Below are positions 22,803 to 31,814 of a DNA stretch of 64,000 bases, one piece after another. Both the position numbers and the translations under genes were made by a program. The first letter of the stretch is position 1. Each line of letters starts with the position of its first letter. Source of the DNA: an uncultured delta proteobacterium (GTDB lineage: Bacteria; Desulfobacterota; Binatia; UBA9968); the NCBI GenBank assembly GCA_963816145.1, contig CAWFJP010000004.1:128001-192000 (forward strand). The letters are read 5' to 3'. The notes under the pieces were generated by a model. It worked only from the letters and a program-made list of their open reading frames with translations. It did not search any database and was not told where the DNA came from.

Positions 22803-24515
22803 TTACTGCAATGAATTCAGGTTCGTTGGGCCTCCGTCGCCACCGCGGTTGGCGACTAAGCTGGCGGCGCTGCCGTTGCCATGGAAGCGAATCACCTCGC
22901 GCATCAAGGCGGAGACATCGAGGATCAGAGCTACTCTGCCGTTACCCATGATCGCCGATCCGGAGACACCGGGAAGGTCTCTAAATTGGTCACCGAGAGA
23001 TTTGATCACGGTCTGGCGCGCGCCTTGGAGGGTATCCACAGCCAACCCGGCTTTGGCGCCGTCGAGGTCGACGACGACGATGTTTTCGCGATCAGGGCGG
23101 GGGCTCGAAAGTTCGAACCAGTTGCGTAAACGAACATAAGGCAGCGGCTCGCCGCGCAAATTGATGACGCCCTGGGGTCGGTCGTGGGAGCGTTCGGCGA
23201 CCGGCATTTCGATGCACTCGCTGACCGCATGCAACGGCAGCACATAAGTATCCTCACCGATGCCGACGCCGAAGCCCTCGATGATCGCTAGGGTCAACGG
23301 CAAGCGCATGGTGATAGTCGTCCCTTTGCCCCGCTCGCTGTCGATGCCCACCGAACCGCGCAGCTCTTCGATGTTGCGACGCACCACGTCCATGCCGACG
23401 CCGCGGCCGGATAAGTCCGTGACCGCGTCGGCAGTCGAAAATCCAGGTTCGAAAATCATCCGATAAAGCTCTTGGTCGGCTAGTTTGTCCGGCTCCGCGA
23501 CGTTACCGATAATTTTTGCCTGTTCAATTATTTTGCTGCAGTTGAGTCCGGCGCCATCGTCGCTCACTTGGATGACGATTTTGGCGCCCTCGTGGAAGGC
23601 CTTGAGCGAAATGGTGCCGCAGGGATCCTTGCCGTGCGCCTTGCGAGTCTCAGGCGGCTCGATGCCATGATCGAGGGCGTTGCGAATCATATGCATGAGC
23701 GGATCTTTGAGATGCTCGATGACACTGACATCGACCTCGACGTCTTCCCCCTCCAAAGTGAGCAGGGCGGATTTGCCGTGATCGTTTGCGACATCGCGGA
23801 CGGTGCGGATGTACTGACGAAACGTCGGGCCCACCGGCACCATGCGCACCTTCATGATGTGCTCCTGAAGTTCGAGGGAAAGTCGTTCGACTTGGTCCTG
23901 GGCTTCAAGCGCTTCAGTTTTTTCGTTGCTGGTCTGTTCAATTGCTTGCCGGAGCCGGCCTTGGGCGATGGCGATCTCGCCGGCGAGGTTGAGCATTCGA
24001 TCGAGTTTTTGGGTATCGACACGGATCGTTCCAGCGCGCTCCATCCAGGCCGTGGCGTCGGCTTGGCGGCGACCGAAGGGGCGGCGCGCCGAGTCGACCT
24101 CATGGGGATGGCGGGCGCCGCTGGTTTCCTCCGGCTCACCGCTCGCCAGTTGATTCAACAACGCAATATGCTGTGGTTGCAATTCGTCGCCGCCGGCGAT
24201 CGCTTCGGGCACCATTTGGCGCATTGCGTCAAGCGCATGGAGTAGCAGGGTGATGCGCTGTTGGGTCACCGGCAACGTGCGGTTGCGGAAACGCTGGAGC
24301 ATTTCTTCGAATACATGCGCGAAGCCCGCGACTTTGGGATAACCTAGACTCGCGGAGTTGCCCTTGAGCGTGTGGGCGCCGCGAAAGATCGCTTCGAGGA
24401 GTTTGTCGTCCTCCGGGTTCGCTTCCAGAGCAACGAGAGACTCCTCCATCTTGGCAAAATGCTCTTCAGACTCGGCCATGAAGGTTTGGAGGATCGCTTC
24501 GAAATCGAATTCCAT
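22803..24515 (-). CDS. cheA: Chemotaxis histidine kinase CheA (no P2 domain)
   Basis: Hpt IFRGAHTLKG, TIRVDTQKLDRMLNL, HMIRNALDHGIE, FEPGFST, SGRGVGMDVV, LPLTLAII, C-terminal CheW-like domain. Confidence 0.96.
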   Translation of the reverse strand: MEFDFEAILQTFMAESEEHFAKMEESLVALEANPEDDKLLEAIFRGAHTLKGNSASLGYPKVAGFAHVFEEMLQRFRNRTLPVTQQRITLLLHALDAMRQMVPEAIAGGDELQPQHIALLNQLASGEPEETSGARHPHEVDSARRPFGRRQADATAWMERAGTIRVDTQKLDRMLNLAGEIAIAQGRLRQAIEQTSNEKTEALEAQDQVERLSLELQEHIMKVRMVPVGPTFRQYIRTVRDVANDHGKSALLTLEGEDVEVDVSVIEHLKDPLMHMIRNALDHGIEPPETRKAHGKDPCGTISLKAFHEGAKIVIQVSDDGAGLNCSKIIEQAKIIGNVAEPDKLADQELYRMIFEPGFSTADAVTDLSGRGVGMDVVRRNIEELRGSVGIDSERGKGTTITMRLPLTLAIIEGFGVGIGEDTYVLPLHAVSECIEMPVAERSHDRPQGVINLRGEPLPYVRLRNWFELSSPRPDRENIVVVDLDGAKAGLAVDTLQGARQTVIKSLGDQFRDLPGVSGSAIMGNGRVALILDVSALMREVIRFHGNGSAASLVANRGGDGGPTNLNSLQ

Positions 24516-24522
24516 AATCGTG

Positions 24523-25038
24523 CTACAGCGCTTTGACCCAAGCCGCTCCGTCGTCGGTGTGGAAAATGAGCTTGCGGCCGCGTTGGCCGCCGACATCGTG
24601 ACCTACCAGTGGGATCGACTCGGACTCCAGCAGTTCGCGGGCCACTTCGATATTCTTCGTGCCAAGGTGGTGCTGGCGCTGGCGAAAGGCTTCGAGCACG
24701 CAGGCGCCGCCAAACATCTTGGCCAATAAATTATGTTTTTGACTACCCAAATAGGCCAGCTGATCGAGCAATTCTTTGATCGCGATATTGCCGAAGCGTG
24801 GCGACGCGATGCCTTCGCCACTGAAGCTCGGCAATAGAAAGTGGTTCATGCCGCCGATGCCGCTCAGTGGGTCCCATATACAAACGGCAACACAGGACCC
24901 GAGTATGGTGGTCACGGCATAGCTGTCGGCGGAGACGAACAGTTGGCCTGGGTGAAGATAGGCGGTCGCCCGTTCGGTCGCTGCACTGGGCGGCGACGAT
25001 GGCATGCGGTCGCTGCGAGGTGTTGTTGAGGGATGCAT
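24523..25038 (-). CDS. cheD: Chemoreceptor glutamine deamidase CheD
   Basis: YLHPGQ, TTILGSCVAV, GGMNHFLLP, AKMFGGA, DVGGQRGRK. Confidence 0.95.
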   Translation of the reverse strand: MHPSTTPRSDRMPSSPPSAATERATAYLHPGQLFVSADSYAVTTILGSCVAVCIWDPLSGIGGMNHFLLPSFSGEGIASPRFGNIAIKELLDQLAYLGSQKHNLLAKMFGGACVLEAFRQRQHHLGTKNIEVARELLESESIPLVGHDVGGQRGRKLIFHTDDGAAWVKAL

Positions 25039-25049
25039 TATGACCTTGT

Positions 25050-25421
25050 TCAGTCGCCGAGGAGGTCGCGCACTTTAGCGATCAGTTCCATGCTGTCGAT
25101 GGGCTTGACGATATAGTCGTTGCAACCACTGGCGTAGCCGGTTTCGATGCTGTCCGCTTCGTTTCTGGTCGTGACCATGACGACCGGTACCGTACTCGTA
25201 CGGTGATTTACGCGCAGCTGGCGCAGCGCTTCAAAGCCGCCCATTCGCGGCATGACGACATCCATCAGAATCAGATCAGGATTGCATTCGAGGGCACGCG
25301 CGACACCTTCGGCGCCGTCGCGCGCAACCAGCAGCTCATAGGGCTCCTTGGCGAGAATCATTTGTTCCATCTGCAAGATGGTTTCCGAATCATCGACGAG
25401 TAAGATTTTTCGCGCTGCCAT
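25050..25421 (-). CDS. Single-domain response regulator, first gene of the che operon
   Basis: KILLVDD, LILMDVVMP, MVTT, YIVKP; the longer ORF to 25790 is unlikely. Confidence 0.9.
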   Translation of the reverse strand: MAARKILLVDDSETILQMEQMILAKEPYELLVARDGAEGVARALECNPDLILMDVVMPRMGGFEALRQLRVNHRTSTVPVVMVTTRNEADSIETGYASGCNDYIVKPIDSMELIAKVRDLLGD

Positions 25422-25527
25422 TGCCTTGAAACCTTTCGCTGCATGCACAGGGTTGCCGCGGCGGCGAACCGTGCGGCGCCTTAGACCACTGCCGACGCTG
25501 GCCGAAGCCGCAATCGTGACAACTACG

Positions 25528-25543
25528 AGCAAGATGTCTGCCA
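25528..25543 (-). promoter_or_regulatory. Putative sigma54 (-24/-12) promoter of the che operon
   Basis: Minus strand TGGCAGACATCTTGCT, exact GG-N10-GC spacing, about 105 nt upstream of the first ATG. Confidence 0.65.
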
Positions 25544-25905
25544 ATGTCGAAACTATTGGAAAGAAAGGAAAACTTCGGAGTATTTCAACGAATATCGGTG
25601 CCGTTGAGGAACAACTCTGTACATGAGTGAACAGAGCGATTGGGCGATTTCCCAATACGCTCGCGATGCTGCAGTGGTTCTTCCGTCGGTGAGCAGCTCG
25701 AGGGGTGGGTCGCCGCAAGCTGGATCGCCGAAATGAATTTCCGGTGTTGGCACGCAAGCCAATCGTATCCTGCACGTCATGGTTTTCCACCGATGACTGG
25801 ATTCGGTCCCAATATGTCCAATTGCGGCCAATGCTGCGCTTTGAGTCTTTCGGTAGGATTAAGCCATCTTTTGGTTATTATTGGGTTTTAGGTCGTTCAA
25901 TGGGG

Positions 25906-25921
25906 TGGCATGTATTTAGCT
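25906..25921 (+). promoter_or_regulatory. Putative sigma54 promoter of the coiled-coil gene
   Basis: TGGCATGTATTTAGCT, GG-N10-GC, about 65 nt upstream of the ORF at 25987. Confidence 0.5.
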
Positions 25922-25986
25922 TTGCTAAGGCCGAAGACCTTTTTCAATTGAGGTAGAGCTACGCCCAGCAGTATGGCGGGCGAGGA

Positions 25987-27834
25987 GTGAGATTCGTGGC
26001 GGAAGATAAAAACGATCAGCCGTTGGGAAGCCAGACAATTGGCGCTGCCAATGGGAAAGACGTGTTATATGGTTGGCTTGTCGGTCGGGCTGCGGCCGAT
26101 CTCGGATTGGCACAAGCGATCGCCGCAAGCGAGGCGCAACGGGCGGAACAGATCAAGCGTCTCGAGGCAGCGTTGCTCGGGCAAATGCGTGAGCTGCAAA
26201 ACAGTCAAGCAACGTTTTCCGGATCGTCCGTAGACGGAGCTGAAGTCGACCGACTGAAGGATCAATTCCAGCAATTTGGCGAACGGCAAAATTTTCTCGA
26301 GGCGCAACAGCTTACCATTGGGCAGATCGAAGCCCAGTTATCAGCTAAAATTGTCGAGCTGCAAGCTCAGATCGAGCAGCCGCCAGCGGCGGCTGCCAGC
26401 GCCGAAGTTAACGCGCTGCGTGCCGAAATGGCCGGGTTCGCCGAACGTCTCGCGCAGGCCGAGGCGTGTGCAACGCGCGAACCTGCGCCAGTAGATAGTC
26501 GTCCGGTTGAGGAGCAAATTGCCGTCGTCGTGCGCGAGCAAACCGAAGAGCTGAAAACCCAACTATTCGAGCACCTCCAAAGACAAACTGCTGTCGGCTA
26601 TGAACTCAAGACTCTGGAGACTGCTTTCCAGCAAAAGCTCGATGGCTTGAAACAAGAGATCCGGGAGAAGGCCGCGCTCTTGCGCTTGCGCGATGGCGAA
26701 CTAAGTGAACTGCGGGTTCAACTTGCCCGCGTGGAGCAGCGGCTCGATCAAGTGGCGGCAACGCCGCCGCCCGAAACCAGCGCCAGCGAGCGGGAAGCGG
26801 AGCGGGCGCTGTGGCAGCGCGACTTCGACGAACGGTTAAGCGTCCGCTTGCGCGAGTTGGGCGACGAGATTCGCGTCAAGCTCCACGCAGTGACCAGCGC
26901 CAACGTCGATCAAGAACAATTTCACGGCGAGACTATGGCGTTGACGGCGCGCATCGCACAGTTGGAGCACTCCCACCAGGAAGCCAATTCTGGCGCCGCG
27001 GTGGAGGCGCGCGAAGCCTACCAAGCCACGGTGGCGTTGCGCGGCGAAATAGCGGCGTTGAAAGCCACGCTCGTAGAACAGCAAAGCACCCAGTCCAACG
27101 ACGGACTGATTCGCAGTGTGGAGGAGATGTTGTGCGGCCAAGTTCACGAACTCCACAATCAGATCGCGCAAAATCAGCGCGGCGGCCTCGAATGGGAGAA
27201 GCAAATAAAAGATTTGCGCGTCGATCTTCAATCGCTGATGCAGCGGCAAATCCAATCGGAGTCGTTGGCCCAGCAGACCCATGCGCGGGAGACTCAAGAA
27301 ACCGCGCAGATCTGCGGCGGCCTTAAGTCCGATCTGTTGGCGATCGAGGCGCAATTGAACGAACAGCGTTCGCGCGATGCGGCGCTGCAAGGCATGGAAG
27401 AGACGTTGAATCTGCGCCTGCGCGAGATACATAGTCAGTTGGCCCAGGGGATGTCGGCGCTCGACCAGCGCGACGGCGAGTTGCGCGATCTCAAGAATCA
27501 AGTACAGCACCTGGCGCAACAGGTCGGTCAAAGCGGTCAGGCGGCGTCGTTTGCGTCCCTTAGCCGGCCAGATCCGGTGGCTGCGATTCCTGCGGTGGCG
27601 CCATCAAGTGGAGTCATGTCTGGGCTGCAAGCGGCCGAGCTGCGACCAATGGCTGCCGCAGGCAGCGCGGATACCATGCCGAATTTATTACAGCCGGTTG
27701 TACCCGGCAATGGCCACGCAACGGATCAGAGTAAGATTTCGCCGATTGATTTACATGACCGTCTGTCCGCGGAGATCGAGCGCAAACGGGCCGAGCTGCG
27801 AGAAAAGAGCGGCCGCTGGAAAGTGCGGCAGTAG
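25987..27834 (+). CDS. Large coiled-coil protein of unknown function with internal repeats
   Basis: 615-aa E/Q/L/A-rich heptad ORF, no TM or signal peptide; start may be GTG 25987 or 25996. Confidence 0.85.
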   Translation: MRFVAEDKNDQPLGSQTIGAANGKDVLYGWLVGRAAADLGLAQAIAASEAQRAEQIKRLEAALLGQMRELQNSQATFSGSSVDGAEVDRLKDQFQQFGERQNFLEAQQLTIGQIEAQLSAKIVELQAQIEQPPAAAASAEVNALRAEMAGFAERLAQAEACATREPAPVDSRPVEEQIAVVVREQTEELKTQLFEHLQRQTAVGYELKTLETAFQQKLDGLKQEIREKAALLRLRDGELSELRVQLARVEQRLDQVAATPPPETSASEREAERALWQRDFDERLSVRLRELGDEIRVKLHAVTSANVDQEQFHGETMALTARIAQLEHSHQEANSGAAVEAREAYQATVALRGEIAALKATLVEQQSTQSNDGLIRSVEEMLCGQVHELHNQIAQNQRGGLEWEKQIKDLRVDLQSLMQRQIQSESLAQQTHARETQETAQICGGLKSDLLAIEAQLNEQRSRDAALQGMEETLNLRLREIHSQLAQGMSALDQRDGELRDLKNQVQHLAQQVGQSGQAASFASLSRPDPVAAIPAVAPSSGVMSGLQAAELRPMAAAGSADTMPNLLQPVVPGNGHATDQSKISPIDLHDRLSAEIERKRAELREKSGRWKVRQ

Positions 27835-27942
27835 TAAACTGGCAAGTTGCTGCGACCACCGGCTTGAGGTTCCAGCGAAACGGAAAGTCGTAGACGGCGC
27901 AGCATTGTTATTTCGTCCAACATCGCGAAAGACCTTATCGTA

Positions 27943-28659
27943 ATGGCCAACGGAAACAGGGTGCCGACCGGAATCGTCGAACTCGATGCGCTCATCGAAG
28001 GCGGCTTGCGGGCCGGTAAAACATATCTCGTCGTCGGTGAGCCGGGGACGGGCAAGACCGTTTTCGGCTTGCAGTTTCTCGTCAACGGTTTGATGGAGAA
28101 AGAACGAGGGCTTTACGTCGCCATCGACGAAAAGCCCGCCGACGTGCTCGACCAAGCCGCGTCCCTGGGCTGGGACCTGGCGCCGTTTATCGAGTCCAAA
28201 GAGTTCGTCATCCTCGATGCCTCGGCTTATTTCAGCGGTAGCAGCGATACCCAGAAAAAAATCGATGTGCAACGGGTAGTCGCTGACCTCAATGCTTATA
28301 TCACGCGCATGGGCGCCACCCGGCTGGTGATCGATCCGGTGGGACCGCTGTTATTCAACCGCGAAGCGACATCGCGGGCGCCGGATCAGGCGCGTATGCT
28401 TTTCTACGGTCTCCAGGCCAATGGCAATACGACGAATCTGCTGACCACTTATTCGGTCGAACGCAACGTCCGCGGCCTGGAAGAATATCTCGTCGCCGGT
28501 ACCATCGTACTAGAAATGGAGTTGGTCAAGAGCCGCTTCGTGCGCACGTTGACCATTGAGAAAATGCGCAGCACGGCGTTGGCGCCGGCGCAGTATTTGT
28601 TCAATATCGTTGCCGACCGTGGCATTGTCTTGCAAGGTTTGAGCGATGCCGCGGGTTGA
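27943..28659 (+). CDS. Single-domain KaiC/RAD55-like ATPase (RecA superfamily)
   Basis: RVPTGIVELDALIEGGL, Walker A GEPGTGKT, Walker B RLVID, IEKMRS. Confidence 0.9.
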   Translation: MANGNRVPTGIVELDALIEGGLRAGKTYLVVGEPGTGKTVFGLQFLVNGLMEKERGLYVAIDEKPADVLDQAASLGWDLAPFIESKEFVILDASAYFSGSSDTQKKIDVQRVVADLNAYITRMGATRLVIDPVGPLLFNREATSRAPDQARMLFYGLQANGNTTNLLTTYSVERNVRGLEEYLVAGTIVLEMELVKSRFVRTLTIEKMRSTALAPAQYLFNIVADRGIVLQGLSDAAG

Positions 28660-28715
28660 TCCGGGGTGTGCCGCGATCGAAGCGTTGGTGACGGACATCG
28701 CGCCGCAATAAATCC

Positions 28716-28970
28716 ATGAAGTCCTGCTCCGATTTCATCGCCCATGGTTTGGCCATTTCGATTGCGATCGTCTTATTGGCGCTGGCAGTGGAGGTCAAGC
28801 AAGACGCGAGAGCAAATCTGCTGGAGCTGCAGCCGCAAAAACAAGCACTCACAGCTTTACGCCAAGAGCGCAAAATACTGAAGATCAATCGGAAGGAGCG
28901 CCGCATTGAGCGGCGTGACCGGCGTAAGGAGCGGCACGAAGTCAAGCCTGTGAGCAAAGTAGCGCGTTGA
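28716..28970 (+). CDS. Small hypothetical membrane-anchored basic protein
   Basis: N-terminal hydrophobic helix then R/K-rich helix; no family recognised. Confidence 0.4.
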   Translation: MKSCSDFIAHGLAISIAIVLLALAVEVKQDARANLLELQPQKQALTALRQERKILKINRKERRIERRDRRKERHEVKPVSKVAR

Positions 28971-29036
28971 CCGGCGCTGCCGGTCGTTAACGTTTCATGC
29001 TTTATTAATGCCAACTCCAAGCGCGCTTGGCCATTT

Positions 29037-29393
29037 TTATCCACGAAATACTTCGACAGAGACCGCCGTGCCATAGGCTAGTACTTCGGTGACACCGTCG
29101 GCGATCTCAGTGGCGTCGTAGCGCACGCCGATGATCGCGTTGGCGCCGAGCTGATGGGCGTGCTCGATCATCGAACGGTGCGCATCGTCGCGCGCTGTCT
29201 CGCATAGCTCTGTGTAGATCGTGATTTTGCCGCCAAACAGCGTCTGCAGGCTGGCGCCGATATTGCCGACGAGACTGCGCGAGCGCACGATGATGCCGCG
29301 CACTACGCCGAGGTTTCGCGTGACCCGATAGCCGGGCAGATCCTGCGCGGTTGTAATGAGTTTAGCGTCGATCAAGGCAATCTTCTCAATCAA
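29037..29393 (-). CDS. YbjQ/UPF0145 family protein
   Basis: [27 protein letters not shown]. Confidence 0.92.
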   Translation of the reverse strand: MIEKIALIDAKLITTAQDLPGYRVTRNLGVVRGIIVRSRSLVGNIGASLQTLFGGKITIYTELCETARDDAHRSMIEHAHQLGANAIIGVRYDATEIADGVTEVLAYGTAVSVEVFRG

Positions 29394-29435
29394 AGAGCTG
29401 ACGGCGGTTGAGGATCGCGCTGTAAATTCTCGCGA

Positions 29436-30497
29436 CTATCTCTGCGGCAGAGGTTCATTGCCGGCGATCTTGTTGAACAGAGCGATCACATCGGCGTCGC
29501 GCGGAATGTCTTTGATCGCTTTTTCCTGGGCTTCCGGCAATAGCGGGGTGGCATCGTCGGCGGAGAGCCGTTTGAAGTCCTTCAAGAACGCAGGGTCGCG
29601 AAAAGTCTTGCGCATCGCCTCGCGCCAGTGCGCCACCGCCTCGGCGGGCGTCCCTGGCGGTAGAATATAGGGCGAGCCGACCAGGCGGAAGGTGCGGAAC
29701 ATGGTCATGATCTTGCGCTCGCGCTCACTCTTGGCGAACGATTCTAGCTCAGGCAGTTTGTTGAACAGGGGATGGGGATGGCGGTCGTCCTTGGGGATCT
29801 GAATGATCGCATGAAAGTTGAGACGTTTCTTTTCCAGTTGGTCGGCATTGCGCTGCAATATGGTATCGGGAATGTTGGCGCGGGCATCTAGTTCGCCGCG
29901 GTCCATGGCAAGATCGAGTTCCGGGCCGGAGAAACCGGTAACGAAACGGGGATCTTTCAGACCGAGTATCCAGGAAAACAGCCGCCCGTTGATATAGATA
30001 TCATGGCCGACGGTTTGCGCGCCGACACGGAGACCGGGATGAGCGCGCAATTTATCCAAACTATCGAGCCCCAGTCTTACCATCGAGCCGAAAACATATT
30101 GCGCCGTGCTGTTTGAGGCGCCGAGGTAAATCAGTTTGTCGATATCGTACTCGACGCCGGTGGAACCGAGCACGGCGTTGGCGACCAAGCCCGAACCGAC
30201 GTTCCCTAAAGTCAAGCCGTCGGGCTTGGCGTTGCGCGCAATATAGTTGCTCGCCTTACGGCCGCCGCCGCCGGGCATGAATTGGGTGACGATGATCGGC
30301 TCGCCGGGGAGGTATTTTTTGAGAAACGGTAGCGCCGCCTGGACGCGCAAGGCGCCGGTGCCGCCCGGCTCGCGGCCTTGCACTAGCAAGATGGTTTTAC
30401 CCTGGAAATAGGGCGTTGATTGGCCGAAACCCGGCGTGTTGCCGAGCAATACAAATAACGTTACCGCTGTCGTTAATGTGGTTATTGGCTTCATCAT
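29436..30497 (-). CDS. TctC/Bug-like tripartite tricarboxylate transporter substrate-binding protein
   Basis: Signal peptide, YFQGKTI, PGG, MPGGGG, AKPDGLTL, RGELDA, PPGTP. Confidence 0.85.
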   Translation of the reverse strand: MMKPITTLTTAVTLFVLLGNTPGFGQSTPYFQGKTILLVQGREPGGTGALRVQAALPFLKKYLPGEPIIVTQFMPGGGGRKASNYIARNAKPDGLTLGNVGSGLVANAVLGSTGVEYDIDKLIYLGASNSTAQYVFGSMVRLGLDSLDKLRAHPGLRVGAQTVGHDIYINGRLFSWILGLKDPRFVTGFSGPELDLAMDRGELDARANIPDTILQRNADQLEKKRLNFHAIIQIPKDDRHPHPLFNKLPELESFAKSERERKIMTMFRTFRLVGSPYILPPGTPAEAVAHWREAMRKTFRDPAFLKDFKRLSADDATPLLPEAQEKAIKDIPRDADVIALFNKIAGNEPLPQR

Positions 30498-30579
30498 CTG
30501 TCCCCTAAAAATTAGCGTCGTAGTTGTCTATCATGCAGACCGGTGAATTCAAGACGGTTTTGCCGACCACGGGCCTCAG

Positions 30580-30975
30580 CTAGCAGCAGCGCTTGGTGAA
30601 GCGTGAAATCGCCCGCCGGTCTCTCTTGGTCGGCCGCCCCGGCGCGGCGAATTCGGGCGGCCGTTCGAGTTGCAACTGCGCCGCGACCTTGTGACGTTGC
30701 TGTATGCTCGTCTCGGTCTCGTCGTAGAGCAGTTGCGCTTGCGGCGCCGAGCCGCGCAGACGCGAAACATCTTTCACGACGACGAACCATTCATAGGGAC
30801 TGCCGCGGATGCAGAGTCTGTCGCCGGCGCGGACGATGCGGCTCGGTTTGGCGCGCTCGCCGTTGACCTCGACCCTGCCGCCGCTCACTGCTTCGGCCGC
30901 CAATGAGCGGGTCTTAAAAAAGCGCGCGGCCCAAAGCCATTTGTCGATTCGAATCGGTTCCTCTTGCTGCGACAT
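30580..30975 (-). CDS. hslR: Ribosome-associated heat shock protein Hsp15 (S4 domain)
   Basis: RIDKWLWAARFFKTRSLA, GRPTKRDRR. Confidence 0.93.
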   Translation of the reverse strand: MSQQEEPIRIDKWLWAARFFKTRSLAAEAVSGGRVEVNGERAKPSRIVRAGDRLCIRGSPYEWFVVVKDVSRLRGSAPQAQLLYDETETSIQQRHKVAAQLQLERPPEFAAPGRPTKRDRRAISRFTKRCC

Positions 30976-30988
30976 GATGCGGGCTAGG

Positions 30989-31738
30989 TTAGGGCCAGGG
31001 AAACTGCGCTACCGAGGTTCCGCTGAGAAGCTTGTGGTCGGTCATATCGCATTGCAGCGGCGTCACCGAGATATAGCCTTCGTTTACCGCCATGCAGTCG
31101 GTGCCATCGTCCTTGGCGAAGCCCAAGTCGTCGCCGCCGATCCAGTAATACTTGCCGCCGCGCGGGTCGACGCGCTCGACGATGTTCTCGCTGTAATGGC
31201 GTTTGCCCATGCGGGTAAATTTCCAACCTTTGAGCTGTTCTCTCGGCAAATGGGGCACGTTGACGTTGAGCAGGGTTCCCGCCGGTATGCCCGGCTGCTG
31301 AATGCGCTCGATCAAGGTCGCGGTGAATTCTGCCGCGGCGCGAAAATCAAAATTCTCAAAGGTGACGAGAGACACGGCGATGGCAGGAATGCCTAGGAGC
31401 GTGCCCTCAATGGCCGCCGAAACCGTTCCTGAATAAATAATATCGTCGCCGAGATTCGGCCCTTTGTTGATGCCGGAGACGACCAGGTCGGGTTTTACCG
31501 GCAACAGGCCGGTAAGCGCGAGTTTGACACAATCGACTGGAGTGCCGTCGACCGCCATGCGTCGCGGGCTGAGCTCGTGGACGCGTAGCGGCCGGTGCAG
31601 TGTCAACGCGTGGCTCATGGAGCTTTGCGCCCGGTCCGGCGCTACGGTGTAAATTTCGGCGAGCCGAGCGAGGCTTTTTTCCAGAGCTGTGAGCCCATCG
31701 GATTGGATGCCGTCATCGTTGGAAAGCAGGATGATCAT
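30989..31738 (-). CDS. surE: 5'/3'-nucleotidase SurE
   Basis: ILLSNDDGI, DGTPVDCV, SGINKGPNLG, YSGTVSAAIEG, ISVTPL. Confidence 0.96.
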   Translation of the reverse strand: MIILLSNDDGIQSDGLTALEKSLARLAEIYTVAPDRAQSSMSHALTLHRPLRVHELSPRRMAVDGTPVDCVKLALTGLLPVKPDLVVSGINKGPNLGDDIIYSGTVSAAIEGTLLGIPAIAVSLVTFENFDFRAAAEFTATLIERIQQPGIPAGTLLNVNVPHLPREQLKGWKFTRMGKRHYSENIVERVDPRGGKYYWIGGDDLGFAKDDGTDCMAVNEGYISVTPLQCDMTDHKLLSGTSVAQFPWP

Positions 31739-31814
31739 ACGGCCATTGTTGCAAAGAAGCCGTAAGCGAACAAGCGCAAGGGGAAACCGCTGGCCGATTA
31801 AGGGTTCGTTAGAA

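Noticed and set aside
25422-25790. N-terminal extension of the response regulator (246-aa ORF)
   Set aside because: The receiver domain starts at ATG 25421; the extension is non-protein-like and spans a likely sigma54 promoter
27943-28659. Circadian clock gene kaiC
   Set aside because: Single domain, no phosphosite motif, no kaiA/kaiB in the window
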